Positions 52,579 to 62,266 are shown, numbered from the stretch's first letter. The stretch is DNA of 64,000 bases from Clostridiales bacterium (GCA_019419955.1 JAHZIB010000005.1:2167-66166), one strand, 5' to 3'. Program-made: numbers and translations. Notes: generated by a model from the sequence alone, not told the origin.

Positions 52579-53265
52579 TTAGCATAATATAGCATCTGTT
52601 TCAATCTTCTTACAAGCTACTATTTCATCTTTGCTCAAGCTATTTATTTTGACTTCATTATATAATATGTAAACCACAGATTTTTCGTTAATATCTTGTA
52701 TCGTCATTTTTGTCGGTTTTCCTGTGTTTTTGTCTAAATATAATTTTTTAAGCTGCTTATATTTATTATTATTTTTTGTTTCTAAAATTATTTGCTCTTC
52801 ATCTTTATATATTTTTGAATCACTATTTTCTTTATAATCTAAAATAAAAGACTCTAAACACAAAAAACTATTTGACAGATATTTATAATTCTCGTAAATT
52901 TTAGATAAATTAAGTTTTGTATTTTTTACTGTTAAATTTGTCCCATCATAAATCATCTCCACACCCTCAAGATTACTTGGTTCTAGGACAGTCTGGTGAG
53001 AAATGTTTGGTTTTATATATTTCTGAAGTAATACATATTCATTCTTATTTTTGTTACTTTCAATTGTTACCGAAATTTTTGCTTCATATGAACTAATACT
53101 TAAAATATACTCTTCAATTTCCTTAATTGTTTTGTTACTCATAGTATTACCAATTTCAGAAATTTTATAATTATTTTTTATAAAAAATACAAAAAAAATT
53201 ACAATAAGAAAAATAATTACTAAAGTTATAGCAATTGTTTTTTTGTTTTTTAGTAAATTATGCAT
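52579..53265 (-). CDS. Membrane-anchored LolA-fold/GerS-like protein (hypothetical)
   Basis: N-terminal TM/signal anchor and a beta-rich body. The assignment rests on resemblance to clostridial GerS/LolA-like proteins and on synteny with mazF. ATG 53265 lies behind GGAGG. Confidence 0.35.
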   Translation of the reverse strand: MHNLLKNKKTIAITLVIIFLIVIFFVFFIKNNYKISEIGNTMSNKTIKEIEEYILSISSYEAKISVTIESNKNKNEYVLLQKYIKPNISHQTVLEPSNLEGVEMIYDGTNLTVKNTKLNLSKIYENYKYLSNSFLCLESFILDYKENSDSKIYKDEEQIILETKNNNKYKQLKKLYLDKNTGKPTKMTIQDINEKSVVYILYNEVKINSLSKDEIVACKKIETDAILC

Positions 53266-53322
53266 AATTACCTCCATTTGAGTAAGGAATAACACTATAT
53301 GCGGTTTTCCTATACAATCGAA

Positions 53323-53347
53323 AAAGTAGGTTATATTAACCTACTTT
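53323..53347 (-). terminator. Hairpin terminator after dusB
   Basis: AAAGTAGGTTA-TAT-TAACCTACTTT, 10 nt downstream of the dusB stop. Confidence 0.55.
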
Positions 53348-53356
53348 CATTTTATT

Positions 53357-54328
53357 TTATATAGAGCAAAAATATTCGCTGAGGCAGTCAATAAGCTCAT
53401 CCTGCCTTGTAATTCTGTTTATTTTTTCTCGTATTTTACTTGCATTTTTTGTATTTTTTACATAATATGCTAGATGCTTTCTCATCTCCTTAATTCCAGT
53501 ATCCTCTCCTTTTTCATTTACCTCTAACTCTATGTGTCTTTTTATAACTTCAAGTCTCTCTTCATTGCTAACCTCTCTTTGTGGTTTTCCTTCTAAAAAA
53601 TTTACAATCTCCTCAAATATCCATGGGTTTCCAATTGATGCCCTACCAATCATAATTCCGTCGACGTTAGTTCTTTCAAACATTTTTAACGCATCTTCTT
53701 TTGATTTAATATCTCCATTTCCTATCACTGGGATTTTTACTGTTTCTTTTACTTTTTTTATAATTTCCCAATCTACCTCTCCTGAATAGTATTCTTCTCT
53801 GGTTCTTCCATGAACTGTAATCGCTGCAACTCCTGCCTCTTCCAAAATTCTTGCTGCTTCTATCGCAACAATATTATCTTTATCCCATCCTTTTCTTATT
53901 TTAGCTGTAACAGGTACTTTTGAAGCATCTACCACTGTTTTTGCAATATTTCCTAAAAGCTCCAAATCTAATAATAATTTGCTACCATCTCCATTTTTTA
54001 CTATTTTAGGAGCAGGACACCCCATATTTATATCTACTATATCCACTATATTGCTCACATATTCACTTGCATATTTTAATGCATTTAAATCACTTCCGAA
54101 AATTTGTGCAGCAACTGGTCTATGCTCACCCTCTACATCCAACAATAACTTTGTTTTTCCATCATCATAAAATAATCCTTTACTGCTAACCATTTCAGTA
54201 CATGTAAGCCCTGCTCCATATTTTTCGCATATCGTTCTAAATGGCAGGTCAGTAATACCTGCCATTGGCGCTAACATTATATTATTTCTTAGTTCTACAT
54301 TTCCAATTTTAATTTTTTTTAAGTACAT
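53357..54328 (-). CDS. dusB: tRNA-dihydrouridine synthase
   Basis: LAPMAGITDLPFR, the DINMGCP region (catalytic Cys) and HGRT: the Dus family TIM barrel. Confidence 0.85.
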   Translation of the reverse strand: MYLKKIKIGNVELRNNIMLAPMAGITDLPFRTICEKYGAGLTCTEMVSSKGLFYDDGKTKLLLDVEGEHRPVAAQIFGSDLNALKYASEYVSNIVDIVDINMGCPAPKIVKNGDGSKLLLDLELLGNIAKTVVDASKVPVTAKIRKGWDKDNIVAIEAARILEEAGVAAITVHGRTREEYYSGEVDWEIIKKVKETVKIPVIGNGDIKSKEDALKMFERTNVDGIMIGRASIGNPWIFEEIVNFLEGKPQREVSNEERLEVIKRHIELEVNEKGEDTGIKEMRKHLAYYVKNTKNASKIREKINRITRQDELIDCLSEYFCSI

Positions 54329-54349
54329 TTTATCTCCTAACTTTTATTA

Positions 54350-54520
54350 CTTATCTGGAGATTTCGCAAGAAACCTACCTTTGTTGTTCAGGAAATTTCA
54401 GGCGAAATTTCCTATACAATAAGAAAGGCATTTCGCAGGGTAAGTCTCTGAAACAACAACAAAATACAGTTTTTGGCTCGGACAGTTCAAGGTGGCTTAC
54501 CTTTGTTGTTCCTGAAATCG
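54350..54520. repeat. Structured intergenic repeat, family 1, copy C (two tandem sub-units)
   Basis: Contains ACCTACCTTTGTTGTTCAGGAAATTTCAGGCGAAATTTCCTATACAAT and GCTCGGACAGTTCAAGGTGGCTTACCTTTGTTGTTCCTGAAAT, with an internal AACAACAACAAA complementary to the TTTGTTGTT blocks. Confidence 0.55.
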
Positions 54521-54523
54521 ATG

Positions 54524-55642
54524 TTAATCCAAGAAAATTGCTTTTTGCCTTCTACCTGAAATATTTAATAATATTCCAAGCATTATAAAATTACTTAATA
54601 GTGAACTTCCTCCATAGCTTACAAATGGTAGTGGTATACCTGTTATCGGAAGTAGCCCCATGGTCATTCCAATATTTTCTATCATATGGAAAAAAAATAC
54701 ACCTGCTATTCCCATTGCAATATATGAACCCAGATCATCTTTAGCTGTTTTAGCAACATACACAGCCTTAGTAATCATTATTACATACAGTATTATTACA
54801 GAAGCTGCAATAATAAAGCCCATTTCTTCCGCGATTAACGCAAATATAAAATCTGTAGTTTTTGGATAAAGAAATCCTAATTGAGTCTGATTTCCTTTAA
54901 ATAAACCCATACCAAATAATTCCCCAGAACCAATAGCAATCTTCGACTGAATGATATTATATCCCGCACCCCTCGGGTCTAAATCAGGATTCAAAAACAC
55001 ATCTATTCTAGTTTTTGCATGTTCTGGCAACACAAAAAAGTATAGTAAAGGTGCTAATATGACTACTAAAAGTATTGATGCAATAATATATCTCTTTTTT
55101 ATCCCCGCTGAAAATAGCATGAATATTAAAGCCATTACAAATGCAAATGCAGTACCATAATCAGGTTGCTTTATAATAAGCAATGTAGGTACAGCAAAGA
55201 CTAACAATACAAGAAGTAATCTTGTAGGTCTACTTAACTCATCTTTACCTTTATGCTGTATTTTTGTAATTACAAGTGCCAGCATTAAAATACATATAAT
55301 CTTTGCAAACTCAGCTGGTTGAAATGAAAATTGACCAACTGCAAACCAGCTAGTAGCACCATTTATTGGTTCAGTAAATAGAACACCAATAAGCAGAATA
55401 ATTATTATTCCATATAAAATTGGTGATATTTTAGCAATAAAATCATAGTCTATAAAAATTATTAATATCATAACTGGGATACTTATTGCCAACCACATAA
55501 TCTGCCTTTTTAATTCATCATAATCTGAATTTTTTGTCGCAGAAGTTAGAGCTACAAGTCCTATTATTGTTAAAATAATAGCACAAATAAGTATCCCCCA
55601 TTCTATATTTTTAAGAATTCTTCTTTTCATCCTCAACCTCAT
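54524..55642 (-). CDS. rodA: SEDS-family rod-shape protein RodA
   Basis: FtsW/RodA/SpoVE-family polytopic protein (GLLPITGIPLPFVSYGGSS) directly downstream of minDE. Its 5' end overlaps minE by 32 nt. Confidence 0.85.
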   Translation of the reverse strand: MRLRMKRRILKNIEWGILICAIILTIIGLVALTSATKNSDYDELKRQIMWLAISIPVMILIIFIDYDFIAKISPILYGIIIILLIGVLFTEPINGATSWFAVGQFSFQPAEFAKIICILMLALVITKIQHKGKDELSRPTRLLLVLLVFAVPTLLIIKQPDYGTAFAFVMALIFMLFSAGIKKRYIIASILLVVILAPLLYFFVLPEHAKTRIDVFLNPDLDPRGAGYNIIQSKIAIGSGELFGMGLFKGNQTQLGFLYPKTTDFIFALIAEEMGFIIAASVIILYVIMITKAVYVAKTAKDDLGSYIAMGIAGVFFFHMIENIGMTMGLLPITGIPLPFVSYGGSSLLSNFIMLGILLNISGRRQKAIFLD

Positions 55643-56243
55643 TTATATTATCATTATTTGTCTGAACTATCTCGCTCTCTATGTCACTGTTTTCAGTATC
55701 TTCTTCATATGGTATCTTTACTTCAGATTTTTCGTCATGAGTAACAATACTATCATCCTTCTTTTTATCTGGCTGATTACTACTTAAATTGTCTTTAATA
55801 TTAATATTTTGCAAATCAATTTTTTCATCCTCATTATTATTATTTACTGCATTATTATTATCAATTTCATTATCACTTATACTAGCATCATTTGAATTAG
55901 TTACATTATCATTTTTTTCTTTTTTATTCATATCTCCTTCTAACTTTCTTGCCTCGTTCTTTATTGTAATTATTGGAATGTTAGCATATAAAGCAGGTGC
56001 TCCTACCGAACCATCTTCTCCTTCCTTATTTGTAAGCCTAACATCTATTTCCTTCTCATCTATATCTATATATTTTTTAATTACCTCTAATATTTCCTGT
56101 TTCATTAATTCTAAAAAATCTGCCGAAATATTTGCTCTATCCTGAGCTAAAACTAGATGTAGTCTTTCTTTAGCAGTATTTTTAGAATCTTCTTTTTCGC
56201 TTTTTTTGATTTTTCTAAAAAACTTCATTATGCTTTCAAACAT
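55611..56243 (-). CDS. minE: Cell division topological specificity factor MinE with a long Asn/Asp-rich C-terminal extension
   Basis: The N-terminal about 95 aa are MinE-like (KERLHLVLAQDRANISADFLELMKQEILEVIKKYI), followed by about 115 aa of low-complexity N/D/E-rich tail. Confidence 0.75.
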   Translation of the reverse strand: MFESIMKFFRKIKKSEKEDSKNTAKERLHLVLAQDRANISADFLELMKQEILEVIKKYIDIDEKEIDVRLTNKEGEDGSVGAPALYANIPIITIKNEARKLEGDMNKKEKNDNVTNSNDASISDNEIDNNNAVNNNNEDEKIDLQNINIKDNLSSNQPDKKKDDSIVTHDEKSEVKIPYEEDTENSDIESEIVQTNNDNINEVEDEKKNS

Positions 56244-56261
56244 ATTTTACCTCCAATAGTA

Positions 56262-57062
56262 TTAATGTTTACCCTTTGCGAAAAAACCTTTCATTTTACC
56301 AAAAAGACCTTCCTTTTTTCCAGGCATAGAAACATCAATATTCTCTCCTAGAATTCTTCTTGCAATCTCAATATATGCTTTACCAGATGGAGCCTTTTCC
56401 TTTGTAACAACTGGCTCACCTTTATTAGTTTGAGTTATTATATGTTCATCATCTGGGACAACACCAATCAAATCTATAGATAATAAATCAACAATGTCAT
56501 CAACATCCATCATTTCTCCCTTTTTAACCATAGCAGGTCTTATCCTGTTTATAATTAACTCAGGATTCTTAATTTCAGAAGCCTCCAATAAACCTATAAT
56601 TCTATCTGCGTCTCTAATTGCTGAAATCTCCGCTGTCGTTACAACTATTGCTCTATCTGCCCCAGCAATAGCATTTTTAAACCCTTGCTCTATTCCTGCT
56701 GGGCAATCTATTAATATATAATCAAATTCGTCTTTTAGTTTTCCTATTAGTTCTTTCATTTGTTCTTCATTTATTGCACTTTTATCTCTTGTTTGGGCTG
56801 CTGGTAGTAAGAAAAGTTCGTTAAATCTTTTGTCTTTTATAAGGGCTTGTCTTAGTTTGCATTTTTCTTCAACAACATCTACTATGTCATATACTATTCT
56901 GTTTTCTAAGCCCATTACAACATCAAGATTTCTTAAACCTATATCAGTATCAACTAATGCAACTTTTTTATTCCTTAAAGCTAAAGCTGCACCAAGGTTT
57001 GCTGTTGTAGTTGTTTTTCCCACTCCGCCTTTTCCGGATGTTATAACTATAACCTCTCCCAT
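56262..57062 (-). CDS. minD: Septum site-determining ATPase MinD
   Basis: Deviant Walker A GKGGVGKTT and a C-terminal amphipathic helix (GLFGKMKGFFAKGK). ATG 57062 lies behind AAGGAGGA. Confidence 0.9.
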   Translation of the reverse strand: MGEVIVITSGKGGVGKTTTTANLGAALALRNKKVALVDTDIGLRNLDVVMGLENRIVYDIVDVVEEKCKLRQALIKDKRFNELFLLPAAQTRDKSAINEEQMKELIGKLKDEFDYILIDCPAGIEQGFKNAIAGADRAIVVTTAEISAIRDADRIIGLLEASEIKNPELIINRIRPAMVKKGEMMDVDDIVDLLSIDLIGVVPDDEHIITQTNKGEPVVTKEKAPSGKAYIEIARRILGENIDVSMPGKKEGLFGKMKGFFAKGKH

Positions 57063-57269
57063 ATGTTTTCCTCCTTGTAATTTTAGCACTACTATTTTAA
57101 ATCAATAAAAATGCACAATTCTAAACACTACTATTATATACGGAAACAGGCAAAAGGTCAATGTTTCAAGCAAAAAAACATGTAATTCTTTTAATTCCTA
57201 GTTACATTTCACTGCTTATTTTAAAAAGTCAATATAAACATATGACTATGTATTATATAAGAACAATAT

Positions 57270-57355
57270 GTGTTTCGCTTCGCGAATATGCACAGCTCAA
57301 GGTAACCTAACATTGTTGTTCCGAAAATTTCAGGCAAAATTCCCTATACAATAAA
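57270..57355. repeat. Structured intergenic repeat, family 1, copy D
   Basis: GCACAGCTCAAGGTAACCTAACATTGTTGTTCCGAAAATTTCAGGCAAAATTCCCTATACAAT. Block-for-block similar to copies A and C. Confidence 0.5.
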
Positions 57356-57370
57356 AAAACTTCTACAATT

Positions 57371-57397
57371 ATAACCACCAGTGAAACTGGTGGTTAT
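57371..57397 (-). terminator. Rho-independent terminator of the ferredoxin gene
   Basis: ATAACCACCAG-TGAAA-CTGGTGGTTAT, 14 nt past the stop. Confidence 0.6.
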
Positions 57398-57410
57398 AAT
57401 TGTATATTTC

Positions 57411-57587
57411 TTATTCCTCATTTGGCTCTGGTGCTCCCATTGGACATACACCTGCACACGTGCCACATCCTATGCAAACTGATTGGTCAATAATGTATCT
57501 TTCATCACCTTCTGAGATACATTGCATTGGGCAAGCAGCTGCACAAGCTCCACAGCTTATACATTTATCTGTTATTTTGTAAGTCAT
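57411..57587 (-). CDS. 2x[4Fe-4S] ferredoxin
   Basis: Two CxxCxxCxxxCP clusters (CISCGACAAACP, CIGCGTCAGVCP). ATG 57587 lies behind GGAGGTG. Confidence 0.85.
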   Translation of the reverse strand: MTYKITDKCISCGACAAACPMQCISEGDERYIIDQSVCIGCGTCAGVCPMGAPEPNEE

Positions 57588-57645
57588 TCTTCTCACCTCC
57601 TAGCTTATGTTTTTATATCAACAGCAGAATAAAATTTTTCTATGA

Positions 57646-58569
57646 TTAATACATATCATCATTTTCTGTTTCTTTGTCCTGTTTTTCTAACTCTTCTAGT
57701 TTCTGAAGTTCTGCCATATTTTCCTCTTCTTCTTTATCAACTACATCTGTGCCAATGTTATTAATAATTTTTAGCTCACTCGCATTATACCTTTTGTAAT
57801 ATGTCTCATCATTGTCATCTTTAAGTTTTACTTTTACTATTTCTCTTAAAGTTTCAATTGAATCAACAATTCCTTCTCCATCTTCTGTCTTAACTATAGC
57901 TCCTATTCTAGGTAAATGACTTAGTTTGTCTTCGTAAACTTCCTGCTCATATTTTAGGCAGCACATCAATCTTCCGCAATTTCCAGAAATTTTTGCAGGG
58001 TTTAAAGACATGTTCTGTTCTTTTGCCATCTTTATTGAAACTGTTTCAAAATTGTTTAAAAATGAGCAACAACAAAGTTCTCTTCCGCAAATTCCATTTC
58101 CACCAATTCTTCTAACTTCATCTCTTACACCAATCTGTCTAAGTTCTATTCTCGTTTTAAAAATTGCTGCAAGTTCTTTCACAAGCTCTCTGAAATCAAT
58201 TCTTCCATCTGCTGTGAAACAAAATAGTAATTTGCTATTATCAAAACTATATTGAACATCTGTTAAATGCATATCCAAATGCAATCTTTTTATTTTTTCT
58301 TCGCAAATTTCAAATGCCTCTTCTTCCTTTTTCTTATTATCCTCATAATGCTTTATATCCTTGTAGTTTGCAATCCTAACAATATTTTTAAGTGGAGTAC
58401 TAAAATTAGTATTGTGTAAAATTTTCTTTTTTGCAACAACTTCTCCTAGTTCTTCACCTAAAGCTGTTTCCACAATGACTTTCGTTTTAATATTTACATA
58501 CAAATTACCAGGATCAAAGAAATATATTTTTCCAGGTTTCCTAAACCTAACTCCTACTATTACTTTCAT
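57646..58569 (-). CDS. PSP1-domain protein (RicT/YaaT-like)
   Basis: Cys-rich PSP1 core (GICGRELCCCSF..., GNCGRLMCCLKYE) and conserved synteny downstream of holB. Confidence 0.8.
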   Translation of the reverse strand: MKVIVGVRFRKPGKIYFFDPGNLYVNIKTKVIVETALGEELGEVVAKKKILHNTNFSTPLKNIVRIANYKDIKHYEDNKKKEEEAFEICEEKIKRLHLDMHLTDVQYSFDNSKLLFCFTADGRIDFRELVKELAAIFKTRIELRQIGVRDEVRRIGGNGICGRELCCCSFLNNFETVSIKMAKEQNMSLNPAKISGNCGRLMCCLKYEQEVYEDKLSHLPRIGAIVKTEDGEGIVDSIETLREIVKVKLKDDNDETYYKRYNASELKIINNIGTDVVDKEEEENMAELQKLEELEKQDKETENDDMY

Positions 58570-59461
58570 TAAACTCCTCCCAAATTTTTAGTAAAAGGTT
58601 ATCAATGCACATATCATAATTCGCATTTGAATTTAGCCTTTTTTTAGTAGTTTCTACGATATTTACCGCATTAATATATTTTGGTTCGTTTGTGATTTTT
58701 AATTTCTTCAAAAACACAATATTGAAATAATCAAGTGCATCATTAATGTTTTCTTTCGATTTATATAGAAATTCTGCTTCATTCCAAACATCCACAATAT
58801 CTTTCAAAGCCAAATCAGATATAGTTTTGTCTATATTATTATATAACTCAGAATTTTTCTCTAAGGATAGTAACTTTGAAATACTACCATCACATATATC
58901 TAGCATATTTTCATTGAATTGTATATTATTTAATCTAGCATAATTATTCAAATCACTTTTTGATAAATTCTTAAATGAAATTTTTGTGCATCTAGACTTT
59001 ATTGTGGTTAAAAGTTTGCTCTCATTTGACAATACTAAAATAATCACAGCATACTCTGGTGGCTCTTCTAAAGTTTTTAATAAACAATTCTGTGCCTCTG
59101 TTGTCATTAGGTCACTATTATTTATAATATAAACCTTTTTATTAGAAATAATTGGTTTTTCTGCAATCTGCTCTTGCAAATTGCGCACTTGGTCAATTTT
59201 AATATTTTTTCCATCATCTGTATCTATAACAGCCAAGTCAGGATGATTACCACTATTAAATTTCACACAAGAGGAACATGAATTACAAGCATCATCATTC
59301 GATTCACATAAAATAACTTTTGCAAATTCAGTAGCAAAAAGCTTTTTCCCAATACCACTACTTCCAACAAACATATAGCTATGAACCAAATTATTGGATT
59401 TAATACTTGTTTCTAATAACTTTTTTATTTTATCATTTCCAAAAATATTATCAAAACTCAA
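58547..59461 (-). CDS. holB: DNA polymerase III delta-prime subunit
   Basis: AAA+ clamp-loader fold with a degenerate P-loop (GSSGIGK), a Zn module (CNSCSSCVKF) and an SRC-like TIKSRC. Confidence 0.8.
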   Translation of the reverse strand: MSFDNIFGNDKIKKLLETSIKSNNLVHSYMFVGSSGIGKKLFATEFAKVILCESNDDACNSCSSCVKFNSGNHPDLAVIDTDDGKNIKIDQVRNLQEQIAEKPIISNKKVYIINNSDLMTTEAQNCLLKTLEEPPEYAVIILVLSNESKLLTTIKSRCTKISFKNLSKSDLNNYARLNNIQFNENMLDICDGSISKLLSLEKNSELYNNIDKTISDLALKDIVDVWNEAEFLYKSKENINDALDYFNIVFLKKLKITNEPKYINAVNIVETTKKRLNSNANYDMCIDNLLLKIWEEFNESNSRS

Positions 59462-59478
59462 AATTCCACTCCTAAAAC

Positions 59479-60126
59479 TTAATTTACTTCGCCAAATAAA
59501 TTCAATGGCCAGAATCTAATCCAAACCTTTCCTTCTATTTTTTCTAATGGAATACATCCAAACTCTCTACAATCTGTTGAATGTGCTCTATTATCTCCCA
59601 TTGCAAACACACAATTTTCAGGCACAATCAAATCAGAATAAACACCCTGATTCTCCATTTCGGTAACAAGTCCCTCTGGCAAATATGGCTCGTCCAATTC
59701 TTCTCCATTTATAAACACTTTACCATTCTTTATTTCCACATGTTCTCCTGGCAATCCTATTACTCTTTTAATATAACTCTCCTTGCCAATCTCAAGAACA
59801 TTATGTACAAAACCACTAAACCAATTTGTTGGCTCATTTTCATATTTTGCAACTACATTATTGCTGTCATATTCATCAATGTATATGTGAGTGTCAGAAG
59901 GTGCTTCAAAGGTGATAATGTCTCCACGTTCTGGCATTTCACCAATAGTTCTTGACCACCTATTTAAAATAAGTCTTTGATTTTGAATAAGAGTTGGTTC
60001 CATAGAAATTTGCTTAACTATAGTTGGAGTACCTATATAATATCTAATTAGTAAGGCTAAAATAAAAGCTACTAATATACAAACTATCCATTCAATAATA
60101 TCCTTTGTTCTATCACTCATTTTCAT
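59479..60126 (-). CDS. lepB: Signal peptidase I
   Basis: S26 motifs (ISMEPTL Ser box, GDIITF, YIKRVIGLPGE, GDNRAHSTDCREFG). Start placed at ATG 60126 (MKMSDRT); the upstream 57 codons of the track ORF look non-coding. Confidence 0.8.
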   Translation of the reverse strand: MKMSDRTKDIIEWIVCILVAFILALLIRYYIGTPTIVKQISMEPTLIQNQRLILNRWSRTIGEMPERGDIITFEAPSDTHIYIDEYDSNNVVAKYENEPTNWFSGFVHNVLEIGKESYIKRVIGLPGEHVEIKNGKVFINGEELDEPYLPEGLVTEMENQGVYSDLIVPENCVFAMGDNRAHSTDCREFGCIPLEKIEGKVWIRFWPLNLFGEVN

Positions 60127-60411
60127 ATCAACACTGTCCTTTGAAATTAATTTTACTACAATATTATATATTTTTTTTTCAAACTTATCAATGCTTTTGT
60201 AAAAAAAAGTATAAATAGGTGTTACTGGATAATAATTAAAAAAATAAAATGAATAAATTTCATGAAATTTCAAAAAATAATATAAATTAATTGACAATAA
60301 AAAAAACTTGAATTATTATATTGTTAGTTACAAAAAAGAGAGGATGTAAATATTGAAAGGAATTTCTTTTCTAATCAGTTTTGTATCTTAAGAAAGGAAT
60401 GTGATTAAGAA

Positions 60412-61065
60412 TTGAACATTAAAACTTCAATAAAAGAAGAAAGTGGCTCAATGGCAGTATATGTCACTGTTGTCCTTTTAACTATGTTATTACTGATTAC
60501 TGCTGTGTTTTTTACAACAAGTTCATCCGCTAAAGCACAAATAAAAACTGCAATAAATATTAAGCAAGCCTATGAAGCAGGCAATAGTCGTGCTTCAGAT
60601 ATATATGATAAAATAACTGGAAATCAGAGACCAACAATAAATTATGTTTATACTCAAGACTTTGATAACTCAATTTCATATGGTCAAAATGGAACTAGCT
60701 ATTCTGTTAATAATAGCATAATAACTTTGACTTCTACTGCAGGGGATCCATTTATCCATATGAATAATGTTACATCATTTAATCCACAAGAATATAGGTA
60801 TATTACAGTAAAGTACAGAACTAACTCGTCAAACATTCAAAACATGGAATTCTTTATGATAGAGAACCCAACAGACCAAACCTATGCAATATCGCAACCA
60901 CTTGTTACTGATGGTCAATGGCATGAATTGGTAATCGACTTGTGGTCAAATAATGCAGTAAAAAATAGGTCTACAATTACTGGCTGGAGATGGGACTGGA
61001 GCAACGCAAATAGTGCAGGAGTTATAATGGATGTAGACTATATTAAAATAAGCGATACAATATAA
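60412..61065 (+). CDS. Hypothetical secreted or membrane-anchored protein with a TadE/TadG-like N-terminal segment
   Basis: The N-terminus EESGSMAVYVTVVLLTMLLLITAVF resembles the Tad pseudopilin-type hydrophobic segment. The C-terminal beta-rich domain ends in DVDYIKISD. The function is an inference only. Confidence 0.4.
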   Translation: MNIKTSIKEESGSMAVYVTVVLLTMLLLITAVFFTTSSSAKAQIKTAINIKQAYEAGNSRASDIYDKITGNQRPTINYVYTQDFDNSISYGQNGTSYSVNNSIITLTSTAGDPFIHMNNVTSFNPQEYRYITVKYRTNSSNIQNMEFFMIENPTDQTYAISQPLVTDGQWHELVIDLWSNNAVKNRSTITGWRWDWSNANSAGVIMDVDYIKISDTI

Positions 61066-61191
61066 GTTATCTGCATAAGTATTTTAGCTTATTAATTCTT
61101 AATTATAAAATTCTCTATACAATAGAAAAGCGTGTATTAACTAAAGCAAGACAAAATGCACGGTCTAAAGATGTCTGACATGGTTACAATG

Positions 61192-61223
61192 AAAAAGAAC
61201 GATACATAAATATCGTTCTTTTT
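61192..61223. terminator. Bidirectional hairpin terminator
   Basis: AAAAAGAACGATA-CATAAA-TATCGTTCTTTTT, between convergent genes. Confidence 0.6.
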
Positions 61224-61245
61224 CATTGTTTATAGCAATTCCTTT

Positions 61246-62199
61246 TTATTCCTTATTGCTCATTTCTTCCAATCTAAGAAGTGCTTCCCATCTTCTGTCT
61301 ACCTCATCTTGGAATTCTTTTATCATCCATTCATTTCCTTGTTTAAACATATGTTTAAATCTTTTTTGTGGTTTCAAAAACTCTTCTATAGGTATCTTTT
61401 TTGCTGGTTTATATGTTATTTTATACTTTCCATTTTCAATCTCATATAATGGCCAATAACATGTCTCAACAGCCAATTTATTAATTTGCATTAGGTCTTC
61501 AGTTGGATAGCCCCATCCTCTTGGGCAAGGTGCTAATATATTTAAAAACGTTGGTCCTTCTGTATAAATTGCCTTTTCTGCTTTTTCATATAAATCTTTA
61601 AAATTCATATAAGCAGCTGTTTGTGCAACATATGGTAAATGATGTGCTTCCATAATTTCTGTTAAGTCTTTTCTAGATTGCATCTTTCCTGGAATCACGC
61701 TACCAGCTGGACTTGTTGTAGTATCTGCAAATTTTGGTGTTGCAGATGAACGCTGTATTCCTGTATTCATATAAGCTCCATTATCATAACATACATAAGT
61801 CATGTCATGACCTCTTTCCATTGCTCCAGATAAACTTTGAAGTCCAATATCATATGTCCCTCCATCTCCACCTATCGCAATAAATTTAGTATGCTTATCT
61901 TGTGGCAATTTACCTTGCTTTTTCATAAATTTATATGCAGCTTCTACTCCTGAACATGTTGCAGCAGCACATTCAAATGCTGTGTGAATATATGAGTCCG
62001 TCCATGATGTATATGGATAGATGCATGTAGAAACCTCCATACAACCTGTAGCATTCGCAATTACTACATGATCCTCTGATTTTACTGCCCTAAGCACCAT
62101 CCTTGTAACTGGTGGAGCACCACAGCCAGCACACATTCTATGTCCTGAAGCAAATCTAGATGGTCTTTCTGCCACTATTTCTTTTAAATTATATGCCAT
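61246..62199 (-). CDS. 2-oxoacid:ferredoxin oxidoreductase, beta (TPP-binding) subunit
   Basis: CAGCG near the N-terminus and the TPP motif GGDGGTYDIG...NGAYMNTG. Substrate (pyruvate, 2-ketoisovalerate or 2-oxoglutarate) cannot be assigned from sequence alone. Confidence 0.85.
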   Translation of the reverse strand: MAYNLKEIVAERPSRFASGHRMCAGCGAPPVTRMVLRAVKSEDHVVIANATGCMEVSTCIYPYTSWTDSYIHTAFECAAATCSGVEAAYKFMKKQGKLPQDKHTKFIAIGGDGGTYDIGLQSLSGAMERGHDMTYVCYDNGAYMNTGIQRSSATPKFADTTTSPAGSVIPGKMQSRKDLTEIMEAHHLPYVAQTAAYMNFKDLYEKAEKAIYTEGPTFLNILAPCPRGWGYPTEDLMQINKLAVETCYWPLYEIENGKYKITYKPAKKIPIEEFLKPQKRFKHMFKQGNEWMIKEFQDEVDRRWEALLRLEEMSNKE

Positions 62200-62266
62200 A
62201 TAATTTCTCTCCTCTCTATTTAATATGCTCTTTATTATTATTCTCTAATTAATTTTTAAACTCTAT

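Noticed and set aside
59479-60297. Long N-terminal extension of signal peptidase I in the track ORF (57 extra codons, MSINLYYFLKFHEIYSFYFF...).
   Set aside because: The extension is Tyr/Phe/Asn-rich AT-rich read-through with no SD. The conserved protein begins at MKMSDRT (ATG 60126), so I called the shorter CDS.
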